Shown here: piece after piece, positions 12,865 through 25,100 of the stretch | How positions within the stretch are numbered: the first letter of the stretch is position 1 | How the letters are laid out: the number at the start of each line of letters is the position of its first letter | DNA from: Klebsormidium nitens | Lineage: Eukaryota; Plantae; Klebsormidiophyceae | DNA length: 64,000 bases | NCBI GenBank assembly: GCA_000708835.1 | Contig: DF237033.1 | Span: forward strand, 124,001 to 188,000 | Direction of reading: 5' to 3' | Made by a program: the position numbers and the translations under genes | Notes under the pieces: model-generated | What the model was told of the DNA's origin: nothing | Seen by the model: only the letters and a program-made list of their open reading frames with translations | Database searches by the model: none

Positions 12865-13844
12865 TCAACCTCCCTTGCAGGTCCGCCGGGCATCCTTTGA
12901 GGGATAATCATTCTCTATGCTGCCGAGGAGGAGGACCGCGGTTGTTATAGTCCCGCCTACTACGGCTCCGCCTGTTGCCATTCTGGAGGCCGTCTCGAAC
13001 GTTTCGGGCCAGTCCGACGTGTCCTCGTACGGATAGCGGAGGCGCGGCGGACCGACGAAGCACCGAATGGAGATGGGGATGCCGGCTAGGAGAAGTGCGC
13101 CGGCGACGGCTCCCTTTAGCACAGCGATTCCGGCTTTCTGTATAACAAGACAGTAGTCATATCCGAGAACATCTAGTTTAGCACCCGAGCGAACCAGCAA
13201 AGTAGAGGAGAGGCTCTGGTTTCGTTGTGAGCTTATGACGGGGTTATGGGCAAACAGGTTATGATGATTCAGTGAATGGCGTTCATATGCTCAAGATACC
13301 AAGCAGAAGTGAATGCATGTACTGGACGCCATACAAATATAAAATATATAAATCATTGAACTGCAACTGGTTCGAGGCCTCCAACTTTGTATAGCGGACA
13401 AAAGTGCAGAGCGCGGCAGTAAATCATCAATCCACAGCCCATACTGCCGCACCCAGTCAGAGGTTTTGGACAATTAACTGTAGCTGAGTCCTGAACAAAG
13501 AGCCCTACTTTCTGAGGAAAGTTGCCTCTCAGCTCCAACGGAATCTTCCATAAAGAATCAACGCTAAGGATCCCATTACAAGTGAAAACTTCGTGAGTCC
13601 GTGGGTTTGTGGAGACATCGTCCTGCTGTCATACCTGCAGTTTTCTTTTCCAAGCTTCCGTCTCACTTTCTCGCTGCTTCTCTCCTTCCCCTCCCTCCAC
13701 CTCTCGCTCCACCTGCTCTGCTCCCGCTTGTGTGGTCTCCTCTCCCTCAGCAGTATTCCCAGTTTGAGGCGCTGGGTTTGTCAACACAGAATCGGGACCC
13801 CCTAACGCGGCGTCCTTACGGCCGACCGGAACGCGGGCGCTCAT
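12865..13844 (-). CDS. Small two-TM glycine-zipper membrane protein, paralog A2 (~160 aa)
   Basis: Exon 1 13844-13635 (ends WKRKLQ|GTATGA); exon 2 13137-12865 (KAGIAVLKGAVAGALLLAG...GGAVVGGTITTAVLLLG). Confidence 0.78.
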
Positions 13845-14044
13845 GATAGCGCTGAAATGCGCCTTTGGGTTGTGACCTAAAGTAAAACAAAAGTGGCGAA
13901 ATGAAGGGTGCGTGACCGCCGCAACGGCGCCGCGGCCGGCCTGCGGTCCTGATTCGGGGTTCAGCAGATTTCGAAGGGTTTAAGTACGTATGTAGGTGCG
14001 GCGCGCGGCCGCCGGTTAGCATGATTGAAGGCTGGGGCACGAGC

Positions 14045-14418
14045 CAGGGGCCACAAGCGCCCTGCTTAAGGGCGTGCAACATGCTCCGCGCCGTAGGATG
14101 ACAAATCGCATCGATCGGACGGTTGCGATCTGCTCGTCACATTGCCCCGAGGCACAAACTGTCCTCGGTTGATGGCAGACCTAGGTTAACTGCTTAATTA
14201 AACATGGTCAGTCTCCAATTGGCTGGTAAACCCACCTTAACCCGACCTCCAGAACAGGCAGTTCGCACGTCTGCCCGGAACCAAAATGGCAGGGATTCTG
14301 GAGCTAACCCTATAAGGAGTATATTGACCAAGTTTGGGTTCCGGGCAGACGTGCGAACTACCTCTCGGAGCATGGAACCGGTTGCAGGTTAATTTACCCT
14401 AGGCGCTTGTGGCCCCTG
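14045..14418. mobile_element. hAT-type non-autonomous element (MITE)
   Basis: Perfect 17-bp TIR CAGGGGCCACAAGCGCC (14045-14061 / 14402-14418) and a perfect 8-bp TSD GCACGAGC (14037-14044, 14419-14426). Internal perfect 23-bp inverted repeat at 14260-14282 / 14337-14359. Confidence 0.9.
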
Positions 14419-14470
14419 GCACGAGCACTCCGATTATCATTACGTGACCGGCTAGCGTTCTCGATACTGC

Positions 14471-14664
14471 CAACGCTCGCTTGCACTAAGACCCGCTTGC
14501 ACTAAGATTCATAGCTCCCGGGCACTCAAACTAGACAACCTAACCAAACAAACCACGCGGTCCGCACCCGCAACCACCCTAACCCCCAGACTAACCCCAC
14601 TCGTCCCCCGGGTGCTAGCCATACTTATTTTAGTGCAAGCTGCTCTTAGTGCAAGCGAGCGTTG
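14471..14664. mobile_element. 194-bp MITE-like element, superfamily unassigned
   Basis: Perfect 21-bp TIR CAACGCTCGCTTGCACTAAGA (14471-14491 / 14644-14664) with a subterminal repeat of its core. No clear TSD. It truncates the 3' end of B2-psi. Confidence 0.7.
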
Positions 14665-15220
14665 CCGAACTCCGTTCTCGGCCTCTTGCTTGAAGTCTTT
14701 CTGTTTTCTCTCAAGAAGGGGGCCCGCGGCAGGAAAAGTCCCGGCGAGAATCGCTCCACCTAGAACTCGCGTTTTGGTCCATTTTTGACGGATTTGGGAC
14801 CAGGATTCTGGCATTCTCTGGTATCCAAGCTGCTTAACAGTGCATGCTTAAGTGCAAGACGGCTCCTAAAAGTCCGTCCATGTGGGCTCCTTTCAAGTTT
14901 ATAAACACGGCTCTCTGCAGCGAGAAGAAAACAGCAAATTTCAAAACCGTAGAGCGAAACAATTCTACCCCTTGCTTGTAAAATATCAGTTTCAGTACTC
15001 GAAGTCATTTCACCCTGGCCTTGAGCCGTTAGTCTAGAGGCAGGTAAAGACATATGAACATATCGAAGAGTTCAAATTGCTCAGATCAGTGTTCAACATT
15101 TCACGCTAAACCCAAAACAATCCCGCCAAGGAGTCCCTCCCTTGCGAAGTGATAAAAGATGCGTTGGCCTGGGTGATCCAAGGGCTTACCACCTTCGACA
15201 TCAAGGGCTGAGAAATCGAT
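14665..15220 (-). pseudogene. Paralog B pseudogene (B2-psi)
   Basis: Exon 2 copy from 14914 reads RAVFINLKGAHMDGLLGAVLHLSMHC* (premature TAA). Its intron matches B3 ~18240-18520. Exon 1 was not found. Confidence 0.8.
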
Positions 15221-15744
15221 CATCAGGTGCAGCATGATGGATAGAGGGGCAGATTGAATTGATGGGCGTCGGACCGTCCAAAGAGACGTGACTCTTGTGT
15301 AGGGAGGCGCGTCTTGCTTGCAGGCATTGCACGCTGGCTCGGCGTTGAGTCCGACACGCGTCCGTCTGAAAGTCAGATTGATACATTGGACCTTGGTACG
15401 AGCACATGTATACGTTTGTTCGACACTTACTTCCTGTCGCCGTCAATCATACTGAGAACGGAAGAACCCCCAAACAGTAAGAGGACCGACGATCCGTTCT
15501 TCTTGTCGTGCAAATAATCATGGCAATCATAGTGCGGCTTGCCAGCAGGATCTGCAAGAATGAGACAGCATCGAGCAAGCACATGCATGATGTAGCTTCC
15601 ATAAAGTTTGAGCCGGCTTTGGAAGTCTCGAGCCTCATGCAGGTCAGGCGCCTTCCATCTTCTCTGACCATTACAAGAGATCGGCCTCCTATAAATCTGT
15701 CACAAAAATAAGACGCCTCTGATCTTTGCAGTATATACCTACGT

Positions 15745-17010
15745 TTATCGCATACACGCTCCCTTGGAGCGCCCGGCATCCTTTGATGGGTAATCTTTTT
15801 TAATGGTGCCGAGGAGGAGGACCGCGGTGGTTATAGTCCCGCCAACAACCGCTCCACCTGTGGCCATTCTGTAGGCCGCCTCGAGTGTTTTGAACCAGGT
15901 TAACGTGTCGAAAGGATAGCGGCGGCGCGGCGGCCCGACGAAGACGCGAAACGAGATGGGGATGGCGGCGAAGAGAAGTGCGCCGGCGACGGCTCCCTTC
16001 AGAACAGGGACTCCAGCTCTCTGCATCACTGGACAATATTGAAGTCAAGATCCCAGGACATATCACAATATCCCCAGCCTATTGTTATTCCCAGAGAAAT
16101 TTTTAAATCCAAGACGTATTTCAAATCTCAATTCACTTAAGAAGGAAATCGACCCCGGTCTGAGGAATTTCCTTCGACCACTGTCTGAGGTATACCTGAG
16201 AGCCTAGTAACGGAGCCTTTGGGCTTCGTTACAGTGGCAATAAACTGTTATCAAATTGTGACTGGGTGATGGGTTATGGGCATCGAATCATGAGCTCTTG
16301 TTGAATCGCGTTCATATGCTACTAAGGGATGGCCAAGCAGAATTCCATGCACTTGGATGCCAGAACATTTGATATTAGACTGCAACTCATGATCTGAGAC
16401 TTCCAACCTCAGAGCGGGAATAATTAATGCGGCCAGAACGCGTCAGCAGATGATCTTTTGAGTGCAGCCCATGTTGCCGCACTCACTTAGAGGTCTCGTA
16501 CACTGATTAGAGGCTGAGTGAACAAACGGCCCTAGTTTTTTCAAAACTAAAACCGTTTGTTCACTCAGCTGAAACGGAAAAGTTCACAGAAGATCAGATG
16601 TGCTAAAGATTCCATCAGAGAGAAAGTGAGACGTGGTCGTAAGCTTTTGGAACCACCGACCTGCTGTCGTTTCTGCAGTTCCCCGGTTGCTGAACCCTAG
16701 AGTGATCTGCTTCCCAGCTCAAATTGAATCTTATTCAGAGCGCTGGGACGAGAATGAAGCTTGTAAAATATGTGGAGCCATTACCCTGCTGCCTTACCTG
16801 CAACTCTCCTTCCCAACCTTTTGCCTCAGCCCCTCCCTGCCTCTCTCTCTCTCCTCCTTCCACCGCACCCTCCACCTGTTCCGCTCCCGCTTGAGTGATC
16901 TCCTCTGCTTCAGAAGCAGTCCCGGTTGGAGGCGCTGGGGTTTTGATCGCAGATCCAGAACCGCCTAACGCCGCATCATCCTTTTGGCCACTTGGAACGC
17001 GGGCGCTCAT
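15745..17010 (-). CDS. Small two-TM glycine-zipper membrane protein, paralog A3 (~162 aa)
   Basis: Exon 1 17010 (or 17019)-16798 (ends WEGELQ|GTAAGG); exon 2 16020-15745 (RAGVPVLKGAVAGALLFAA...CFVGPPR-like FVGPPRRRYPFD...GGAVVGGT). Confidence 0.78.
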
Positions 17011-17985
17011 GACAGTCATGATGGCGCTAAGGAGTGCCTTGATGCTGCGGACTCATGTAGGAAAAATTGCAGCTCAAAGAAGGGTGCGTAGGCGTCGCAA
17101 AGGACCCGCGGCCGGCCAGTGCGGTCCTGGCAGTCGACTCGGCCCTTAGGTTTAGCGCAGGCCTTAGCTACGTAGTTGCGCCCGCGCGCGCGGCCGCCGG
17201 TCGGCATTGATGCGGTCGCTTTGAGACGAGCCAAGAATCTCACATGCCATGTGAGCGCACATGATCACATGCAGTTTTCAGCTGATTACGCGTTCGAATG
17301 CGTGCAAGGATGTTCTTCTGATTACTTTGACATGGATCCGCATCTACGCAACTTGGGTGCACTTCGCGCCATGGGCGTTCAACCAGCCGCATCTTTCTAT
17401 CTTTGTACACCAGTATATCAACCTTGGCGTTGTACGGGTGACTGTATATATATGGGTATAGTGTGTGATTAAGCTTAGAGTTAAGATCAACCAGCCCTCT
17501 GGCAGCAAATTTAGAACATTGAGGCGTACGATTAAGTCCGGACGATTTGTTGGCTTACTTGCAACTTCAAAGTGCCTGAGCTGAGTTTTCCGGTTTCAAG
17601 TCCTGACCGCTACTACTCGATGATGTGTGGCGGTAGGATCTCGACGATCTACCTATCTACGATTTCGTAAAACTGATACACCCCTGCTCAGAAAGATAGC
17701 CTTGACTATAGAGCAAACCAGTACTGGTCGGGAGGTGGAGTGTCTCCTATCGGGTAATGATCAACTTTTACTCCCTTAGGGCTGAGTTGAAACAACACAG
17801 TACCTAAGGAATTCAGCCGACTGACTGACGTGAACGACATTCTTTGATACCCGTTTGAACAGCTGTCCCCCGCTATCCACCACCTAGGAGTTGCGGGCTT
17901 AAGTTCGTTATCTGACGATCAAACTTTTCAATCGACCATTTCTGTCCCTTCTATGAGTTTCCTGCTTAATTCACTACAAACTGGG

Positions 17986-19300
17986 CTAGCGTTTCTCGGC
18001 CTCTTGCTTGACGTCGTTCTGTATGCTCTCAAGAAGGAAGTAGGCGGCAGTAGAAGTCCCGCCGAGAACCGCTCCACCCACGGCTTTTTTGGTCGCCTTC
18101 TGGGACCAGGGTTCTGGCGTTTTCTGGTACGCAAACGGCTCATCGAAACAATGCATGCTTATATGCAAGCCAGCTCCGAGCAGTCCTCCCATGAGGGCTC
18201 CTTTCAAGACGGTGAAGAAGGCTCTCTGCAGCGAGAAGGAAACAGCAGCTTTGTAAACCGTAGGGCCAAGAGGTTTTCCCCGTTGCTTGTGTAATGCGGT
18301 TTGTTGAAGCTATTTCACCTTGACCTCGAACGGTTCGTTTACCTGCAGGTAATGAAGTATCGGTTAGCGAAATATCTCAGATCATCGTTCAAAACCTTGA
18401 CGCTGACCCTAAACATCAGTGTCAAGTCCCTCCCTTGCGATGTGGATCACATGATGCGTTAGGCCTGAGCTGTACCGCATGAAGATCCATGGCCTTACCA
18501 CCTCTTATCAAGGGCTAAGCGTTTAGAAGGTTCCATTCAACTCCCAGTCAAGTCAACCTGGCTTATTCAAAGACTCGCGCCGATAAACTTCACTCATGAT
18601 AGGCTGACTTGTTTAAGAATATTACCTCCAATAATCTCGTCTAACTAGCTGACACTTCGGGCTCAAATAATCAGCTGAAGATGAGTGCCAGCTACACATG
18701 AAAAGCTGGGTTAAACATGTCGGTATGCCTTCAAATTGTCCAGACTGCATCCAGCAATAATCTCTGAAAAAGAAACGTCAACCAAATCAAAGCTGAAATC
18801 AACAGATAATTGCAAGAAGTTGAAAGGTTTTTACGTCTTCACATCAAAAGCTGAGTCAAATATGTCGGTATGCAATTAGAAGTAAATTTCAAGGGAGGAT
18901 CCTCAAACTTTTCAGAGCTGAAGTCAACAGATCATCTCAAGAAGAAAGGCCTTCAGTCCGCGATTAGAATCAAGTCCTTCTCTACATCCAAGAGGACTTG
19001 ACCAGCCGGTGACAAGGGGTAGGCTGTATCAGCTCCGGTGTCTTTGCACTAGCTCTGGAAAACTTTTGTTCTTACCTGCAAGCCCTTCTTCCAATCCTGC
19101 TCATACTGCCTCGCCTTCTTCCCTTCTTCTGCCAGTGGCCGCCGGTCGTCATCTCTCCCGTCTTCAGGCTGCTTCTGCCTTCGACCTTCTTCACTAATTG
19201 CTATTTCTCTGTTTTTCTGTTCCATTTCCTCAAGTTGACCTCCAGACGTCCCTGTGCCAGACCGGGCCCAGGGCTCTGCACCCACTGGATTGGCGCTCAT
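17986..19300 (-). CDS. Small two-TM glycine-zipper membrane protein, divergent paralog B3 (~154 aa)
   Basis: Exon 1 19300-19076 (ends WKKGLQ|GTAAGA); exon 2 18225-17986 (RAFFTVLKGALMGGLLGAG...AVGGAVLGGTSTAAYFLL). Same exon structure and phase as the A copies. Confidence 0.75.
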
Positions 19301-22194
19301 GACGCTGGCTGGCTGGATGTAAGAGCAGTCAACGTACGGCAAGGAAGTTAATCGCCCGAATTTGCATACTTTTCTAGGATATCAGCTTCAATCTAAGCTC
19401 AAGGAATGGTAAGAACGAGGTAAGAACGAAGCTAACACTTTAGATTTATACCTAATTCCAGACAATCAGCGGCTCCGCACCCGTACCCACTCTAACCCCC
19501 ATATATAAATATAAGTAACCGGCCTACCCGTGCCCTACCCGTTCCAGTACTATAAAGTGAGCTTTTTATACCTATTCAAAGAGAACGTCGGGTAGAGTTG
19601 CTAGAGAGTCTTGTAATTTCGTTGGGCATCACTGTCAGCGTTTTGAATTGTCAACAGGAAACGTACCCAAGGTGGTACGTGACCGGCGGCCAGTAGCTCG
19701 CGGCCGGCTCGCGACTACTCGGAGTCCGCGGCGCAAAGGTTTCTGCGCGGCCGGGTTTACAAGGGTTTCAAGTGCGCGGGGGCGGCCGCGGCCTTTTCAG
19801 AACTCACTGCCCGCTGCGCGGCCGCGTCCGCAGCGGCGGCTGCAGTGGCGCGGCCTCCAACGGGCCAGCCGCTCTAAGTAACTGTAACAGGGCATCTTGA
19901 CCGGACTCCCACCCGGACATAGACATATTTTTCAGGTAGGTTACTTCTAGGTGGGATATGGTCAAGGGCCGGCTGGGGAACGGGTGGGACAATGGTTGGT
20001 GGGAACGGGTGGGTACGGGGCGGGGACGGGGCGGCGGAAGCGGGTGTTTTGTTGGTCTAGGTTTTCAGTTTTCCTGACCCTCGGGGACTATCCTAGCTAA
20101 TCTATAGAAGAATCACTTTGACCGACCTCTCTTGGCACGCGTCAACAGCGGCCTGGCCGCCGGCATTCATCCACGGCGCCCATGTCGCTCCACATTTGGA
20201 AAGGCCCATCGCATCAACATTTAGGGCTGGGCTGCTAATGAGGCTTCGGCAACCAGACGTCTCTTCGTCTCTGCATCTTCAGCCAGTAACCGCCCTCATT
20301 GTCGCGATCTCAATAGTCTCGCTATGCTCGAGTCTCCGGGCATAAAGATATTAGAGCCAGATCGATCCTAACCAGCCTGTAACTGACCGCCAAGAATCCT
20401 GCGAGACGACCCTCATCAAACCTCCTGCTTCCGTCAAACCCGCTTAATTCGAAGCGGGTGAAAGAAGCTGAATCACCCTTTTTTGTCACCATCAATACCG
20501 AGCGATCGCCAGAAAATATGAGGTTTCTGACCGCAATTACACCATGTAGGGCAATCAAAAATCGAAAATTTATCCCACGTTGTGCTAATACGGTACTCAG
20601 AGTTGCTCTTCGTATCGCTTGAACTCATGCTGTGAATTAAACATGCGTCGGACATCAATGCTCCAACCATTGCTTTTTACGACAAGCGACTCTTGTACTG
20701 CCTGCTCAGTCGATCGACGGACACCTTTTCAGCAATTAACCACCGGCCTCATGAACTCTTGCATGTGCAAATCTGGAATTGAACCCGAGATTGGATGGAG
20801 CGCAGTTGATCAAAAGATGATGTGCGAACAACGCAATGATATGAAGCGTACTGAATGCAGGAACAACATATATTAAGCGTACTGAATGCAGGCTGTTAGA
20901 AAGCTCGTGAGTAGTAATAAGCGTCCAGAATGCTACCTACTGTACATGCAGTGCTTGAATGCTGCTTTGGAATACAGGCTAGATATTACCGCATGCGTAG
21001 TGGTCTAAATGCTATTTCCCCTCAATGCCGGCAGACTCTGCATAGCTGACTCTTTTTCTTATCACTGAATATCGACCCCGTCTGATCCATCCGCTGACTG
21101 TACCTTTGAACGGCCCACTCTCGTCTTCCAACGACTCATTCTTTGTAGCATTCCGCTGAATGTCACCTTTGTGACTGACGGATCGCCAACTTGAACTCGG
21201 GTCCTCCTCTTTCTTCGATCCCCTTCCCTTATCCCTACCCACAGCCACTGTGCCTTATCCGCTGACTCGGGTGTGCGTAAACGACTACCTAGTACGGAGA
21301 TATGCATCTACTATTTTACCGCTGATGATAGTAGTGGCAGCTGGATATTATAACGTAAGATAATGTGTATGAATATGCTAAATGCATGCTATGCACGTTT
21401 CAACTCGTCCCCAAACTGTCGACTTTCCATTCGTGTGTTTGTCAAGTCTTTACGTCTGTAGTTCCCCCTTCGTCCTCGGAATCGGATTCGGCCTCCACTG
21501 GTTCCGGGTCGAACCACGCCCAGTAGCGTTCCGTTAAGCGGACGCAGAAGCTGGCAACGTACTTCAGCGGAACGACCCACGGATACCTAAGAAAACGACA
21601 ACTTCTCGGTAAGAACTACGTTTCGCTTGAGTCTTTAAAGAATGGATTCTCCGGTCTCGTTAAAATGCCACAGCCGACTGTCGAAGTAATCTGAACGTGC
21701 AAAGAGCGATCTGGGCGGGACTCGGAAGCGGTGCTTTTGTCAGGGAGTCGGGGATTGGATCTAGCTTACAGGGTTCTGCTGACGTCAGGGCCTGATGGGG
21801 CGATTTTACAGGAGGTGCGCAGCAAGCGCTCCGAAGGTGGGCAAATTGTTTGACGAGTATGTGAAGCTGAATGATGACAGGGCAAGGAAGTTGAAAGCAT
21901 CTGTATAGTTTGACAGCCCACGTATGGGTATTGAATGACGTCACCGATATTTATTTTGGCGAGCTACAAGGGCGAGTGAAATCCGGCAACAAGGTCCCAT
22001 CTCAACTTTTCAGGCGCAAAGATGTCGAATCGTTCTTCCTGGGTCTTCGCGGCTTCCAAGCAAATGGTCCCAAAGCGAGTTCTTAAAGTGGTTACAGATT
22101 TTCATGCGTCTAGTGGAGCTTTAGGCTTTCAGGTGTCTTGATTTCTAGATCCTAAGATTAACAAATGGGCTTTGCAAATCGCATGCAGACTCAC

Positions 22195-25100
22195 TCTTTC
22201 CGAAACTTCTCGGCGGCGCTCTCCGTATCCTCCGGCGACGCGGTAGCAATCGGACCGCTAGGATTGGCCGCCATCAGAGCCGCCCATCGCTTATCCTCCT
22301 CCGCCAATCGCTTATTGCTGTCCACGCGCGCGACTGCTTCCAACGGAACAAATCTGTACTCCTGCTCGTGTAGGACCTTGGCCACGTCATCTGCTGACGC
22401 GGACCCGCTGGAGACCACGTGAACGATGACGTCACTCTTCCCACCGCTGACGCGCTCCTTGAAGTAATCCCTCAGGGGGCCAAAGCGGTCGGCCGCGGCC
22501 GCGGCCGCTGCTGACGTCGTGTTGCTGACTACCGGCTGACTGCTGACGTCGGCTTCTAGGGTTGCAACACTTCTTTCGGGCTGGCCGATGACGTCAGCCT
22601 TCAACGATGCGGTTTGAGTTTCTGGGGTGACGCTGACGTCACCTTCCGAGGACGCGCTTTCGTCCCCAGGCTGACGGCCGGCGGCGGTACCGAGAGACTC
22701 GACGTGGCTATCAGGTGGGCTGCTGACGTCAGCTCCTGGAAGTTCCGCTTTGGGCTCGAGCGAAGTGTCCTGTAAGTCAAAAGCGGGACGACGCGATCAG
22801 CAAGCGGGAGGAATAGGAAGAGTCCGACTCCTGTGCGCAGTTTGAACAATAGAACGAGGACAGAAGGGGCCACGATCGAGTCTTCAACGCCGACATCTCA
22901 AAGCGTCCACAAACTTTCATAGGCTGTGATTGTCAACTGCCAAATCGAGAGGCAAATACGCACAGAAGGGGAAAGGACATTACCTGTGCGCAGTCGAACA
23001 AAAGAACGAGGTCGATCGGCGCCACGATCGCTTCAAACGCCTCGACTTCTCGGACCGTCCACGTAGTGCCGTCGATGAGGAGTCGCCGCCCGGCGATCCG
23101 CCGGATCGCCCCCAAAAGGCCCCGGAACGCTTGGTCGAAGGAACCGGAATCGCCGTGCAGAGAGAGGGGTGCCTGGGGCAGGTGATAATAACGTTAGGGA
23201 ATCGGTAAACGGAACGCATTATCGACGAGAACGGAAGCACCATTGGAGGAAGCGGAACGGCCGCTCGGGGAAAGGGCTCGTAGCGGCAGTGACTGGTGAC
23301 GCCGGGTCCTTCGAAAGACGGAACGCACGTTCGACGGAAACGGAATGGCGCCGCTCGAAACTATGGGTCCTGGCGGCAGTGACTGAGAAAGGTCGAGACG
23401 GCGGAAAGGGGATCGCATAGTCAAACGAACCGGAACGTTTGCGCGGAGAAAGGGGTTTCTGGCGGCAAAGGTTGGGAAACGTCTGAAAACGGGGGGGTCA
23501 GGGAGCTGCCGAGCCGAAATTGAGAGCGAAAGAACGTTAAGCGGAAAGAGCCACAGCGGAATACGGAAAAAGCAGAACAAGCCAGAGAAGCGCTTTCCTG
23601 AAGCAACCGAAGATTTGACATCTTTCGGCACAACACCATACACGGCGCCCAATCCCGCTTGTGCGGTTCCGACAACTCCCCAAGACTAACTATGAGCAGC
23701 GGCCCACTAATCTGCAAGTATGGTTCTTGCGGCTCAGGTTTTAGATCATGTCGGTTCGAAGGATGCCTGAAGACCAGAACAGTCGATGCAAGAAACGTCG
23801 ACACAGTTAAAAGCAGCCAGTCGATTGTCCGGAGGAGGAAGGTCAATCAAGCGGGACGCAGTGAGAGCCACTTATTTGGACTAGAAGGGAATGATAAAAG
23901 CTGGTCATAACGGTTTGCTGCTAGTCCAGAACCTATGAAGCTTTGAAATGGCGATTGGAACGGTCGGTCGATCTGCCGACAAAGAATGAGAACTCACAAA
24001 AGTCCAGCAACGTGTATACCTGCAGAAACTGCCGCCTCGAGTTGTGCAGCTAACAGACATAACGGTGCTTCCTTCGCTTTGGAGACCTGATAAAGAAGGC
24101 TTGATACGGTGCCTCTTGATTGTTTCGAAGGTCATGGCAAAGAGCGTTGCCAAATGTTGAAACCGTGATATAGGTTAAGCCCTTCACAAAGTCCGAGTGG
24201 CTCTGCTTCCGGTCGGTTCTCGGAGCTCATCATCTCAACACCATCAAACTGTTTGAAGATGCCGTAACGCGGTATCACACTCACCGCCCTAATGATCTCA
24301 GCTCCCCCATTTTCAGTCGCTCCCTTCCCGTCATCCGGGGCTCCTAAAATCTCCACTTCCGTTTTCTCCCTTGTCCCGTCCATCACGTTTTCATTTAATT
24401 CCACCTTCGCTTCTTGTTTTCCCGCTCCATCCTCCGCTCCGTTTCCCAATTCATTTTTCTCTGCTCGGTTCTCCGTTTCCTCTTTGCCCGTTCCGTTTGC
24501 CACTTTCGGCACTGTTTTGCTTTCGGCTTCTTTATCATCTGCTCCGTTGACTGCTCCTTTTTCGCCCTCTCCCTGCTCCGCTTCTAGTTTCTCTGCTCCA
24601 ATTTCCACTTTCCTGTTCACTGCACTGCTCTCCATTTCCGCTTTCCCCGATCCGCTTTCCGCTCCCTTTTCAGCTTCTCTGGTCTCCGGCTCCCTGTCGT
24701 CCGCTCCGTTTCGCGCTTCCTTTTTCACCGCTCCATTTTCCTTTTCCGTTTTCTCCTGAAGAATTTTCCCCATGCCCAGCCGGCAAAACCCTAGCTCCTC
24801 CGCAACGTGAGCCCACTCCTCCGAATGTTCCAGAGTGAAATTGGTCGCCCCTGGAAAAAGCGGACGCTTATTCTGAGTGCAAGTGATCAAAGAGTTGCTT
24901 CGTTTCTTGCTGTTCAACATGTAGCACCTTCCTCTGGATGCTGTGGAGTAGTACATGCTTAACGCCCATGAGGGAAGATTGTTTGAATAAAGTTGAATAC
25001 GGCTACATTCTGATATGAACTCCCTGGTAAGACTGTTGGAGGTGCTCTAGGGATTGAATGAGTACTGGTGCAAAGCGGCTATTTGAATTCCGATTATGCC

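Noticed and set aside
20844-20892. 18-bp direct repeat aagcgtactgaatgcagg (also a 14-bp repeat at ~29223-29265 and a 17-bp repeat at ~47298-47355)
   Set aside because: Isolated small local duplications with no further structure.
21012-22030. Candidate terminal exons of the AK-like gene
   Set aside because: Several alternative acceptors and frames are possible and none is supported by homology; left unannotated.
24292-24759. 155-aa Ser/Phe/Ala-rich plus-strand ORF
   Set aside because: Antisense shadow of the acidic exon 2 of the AK-like gene.
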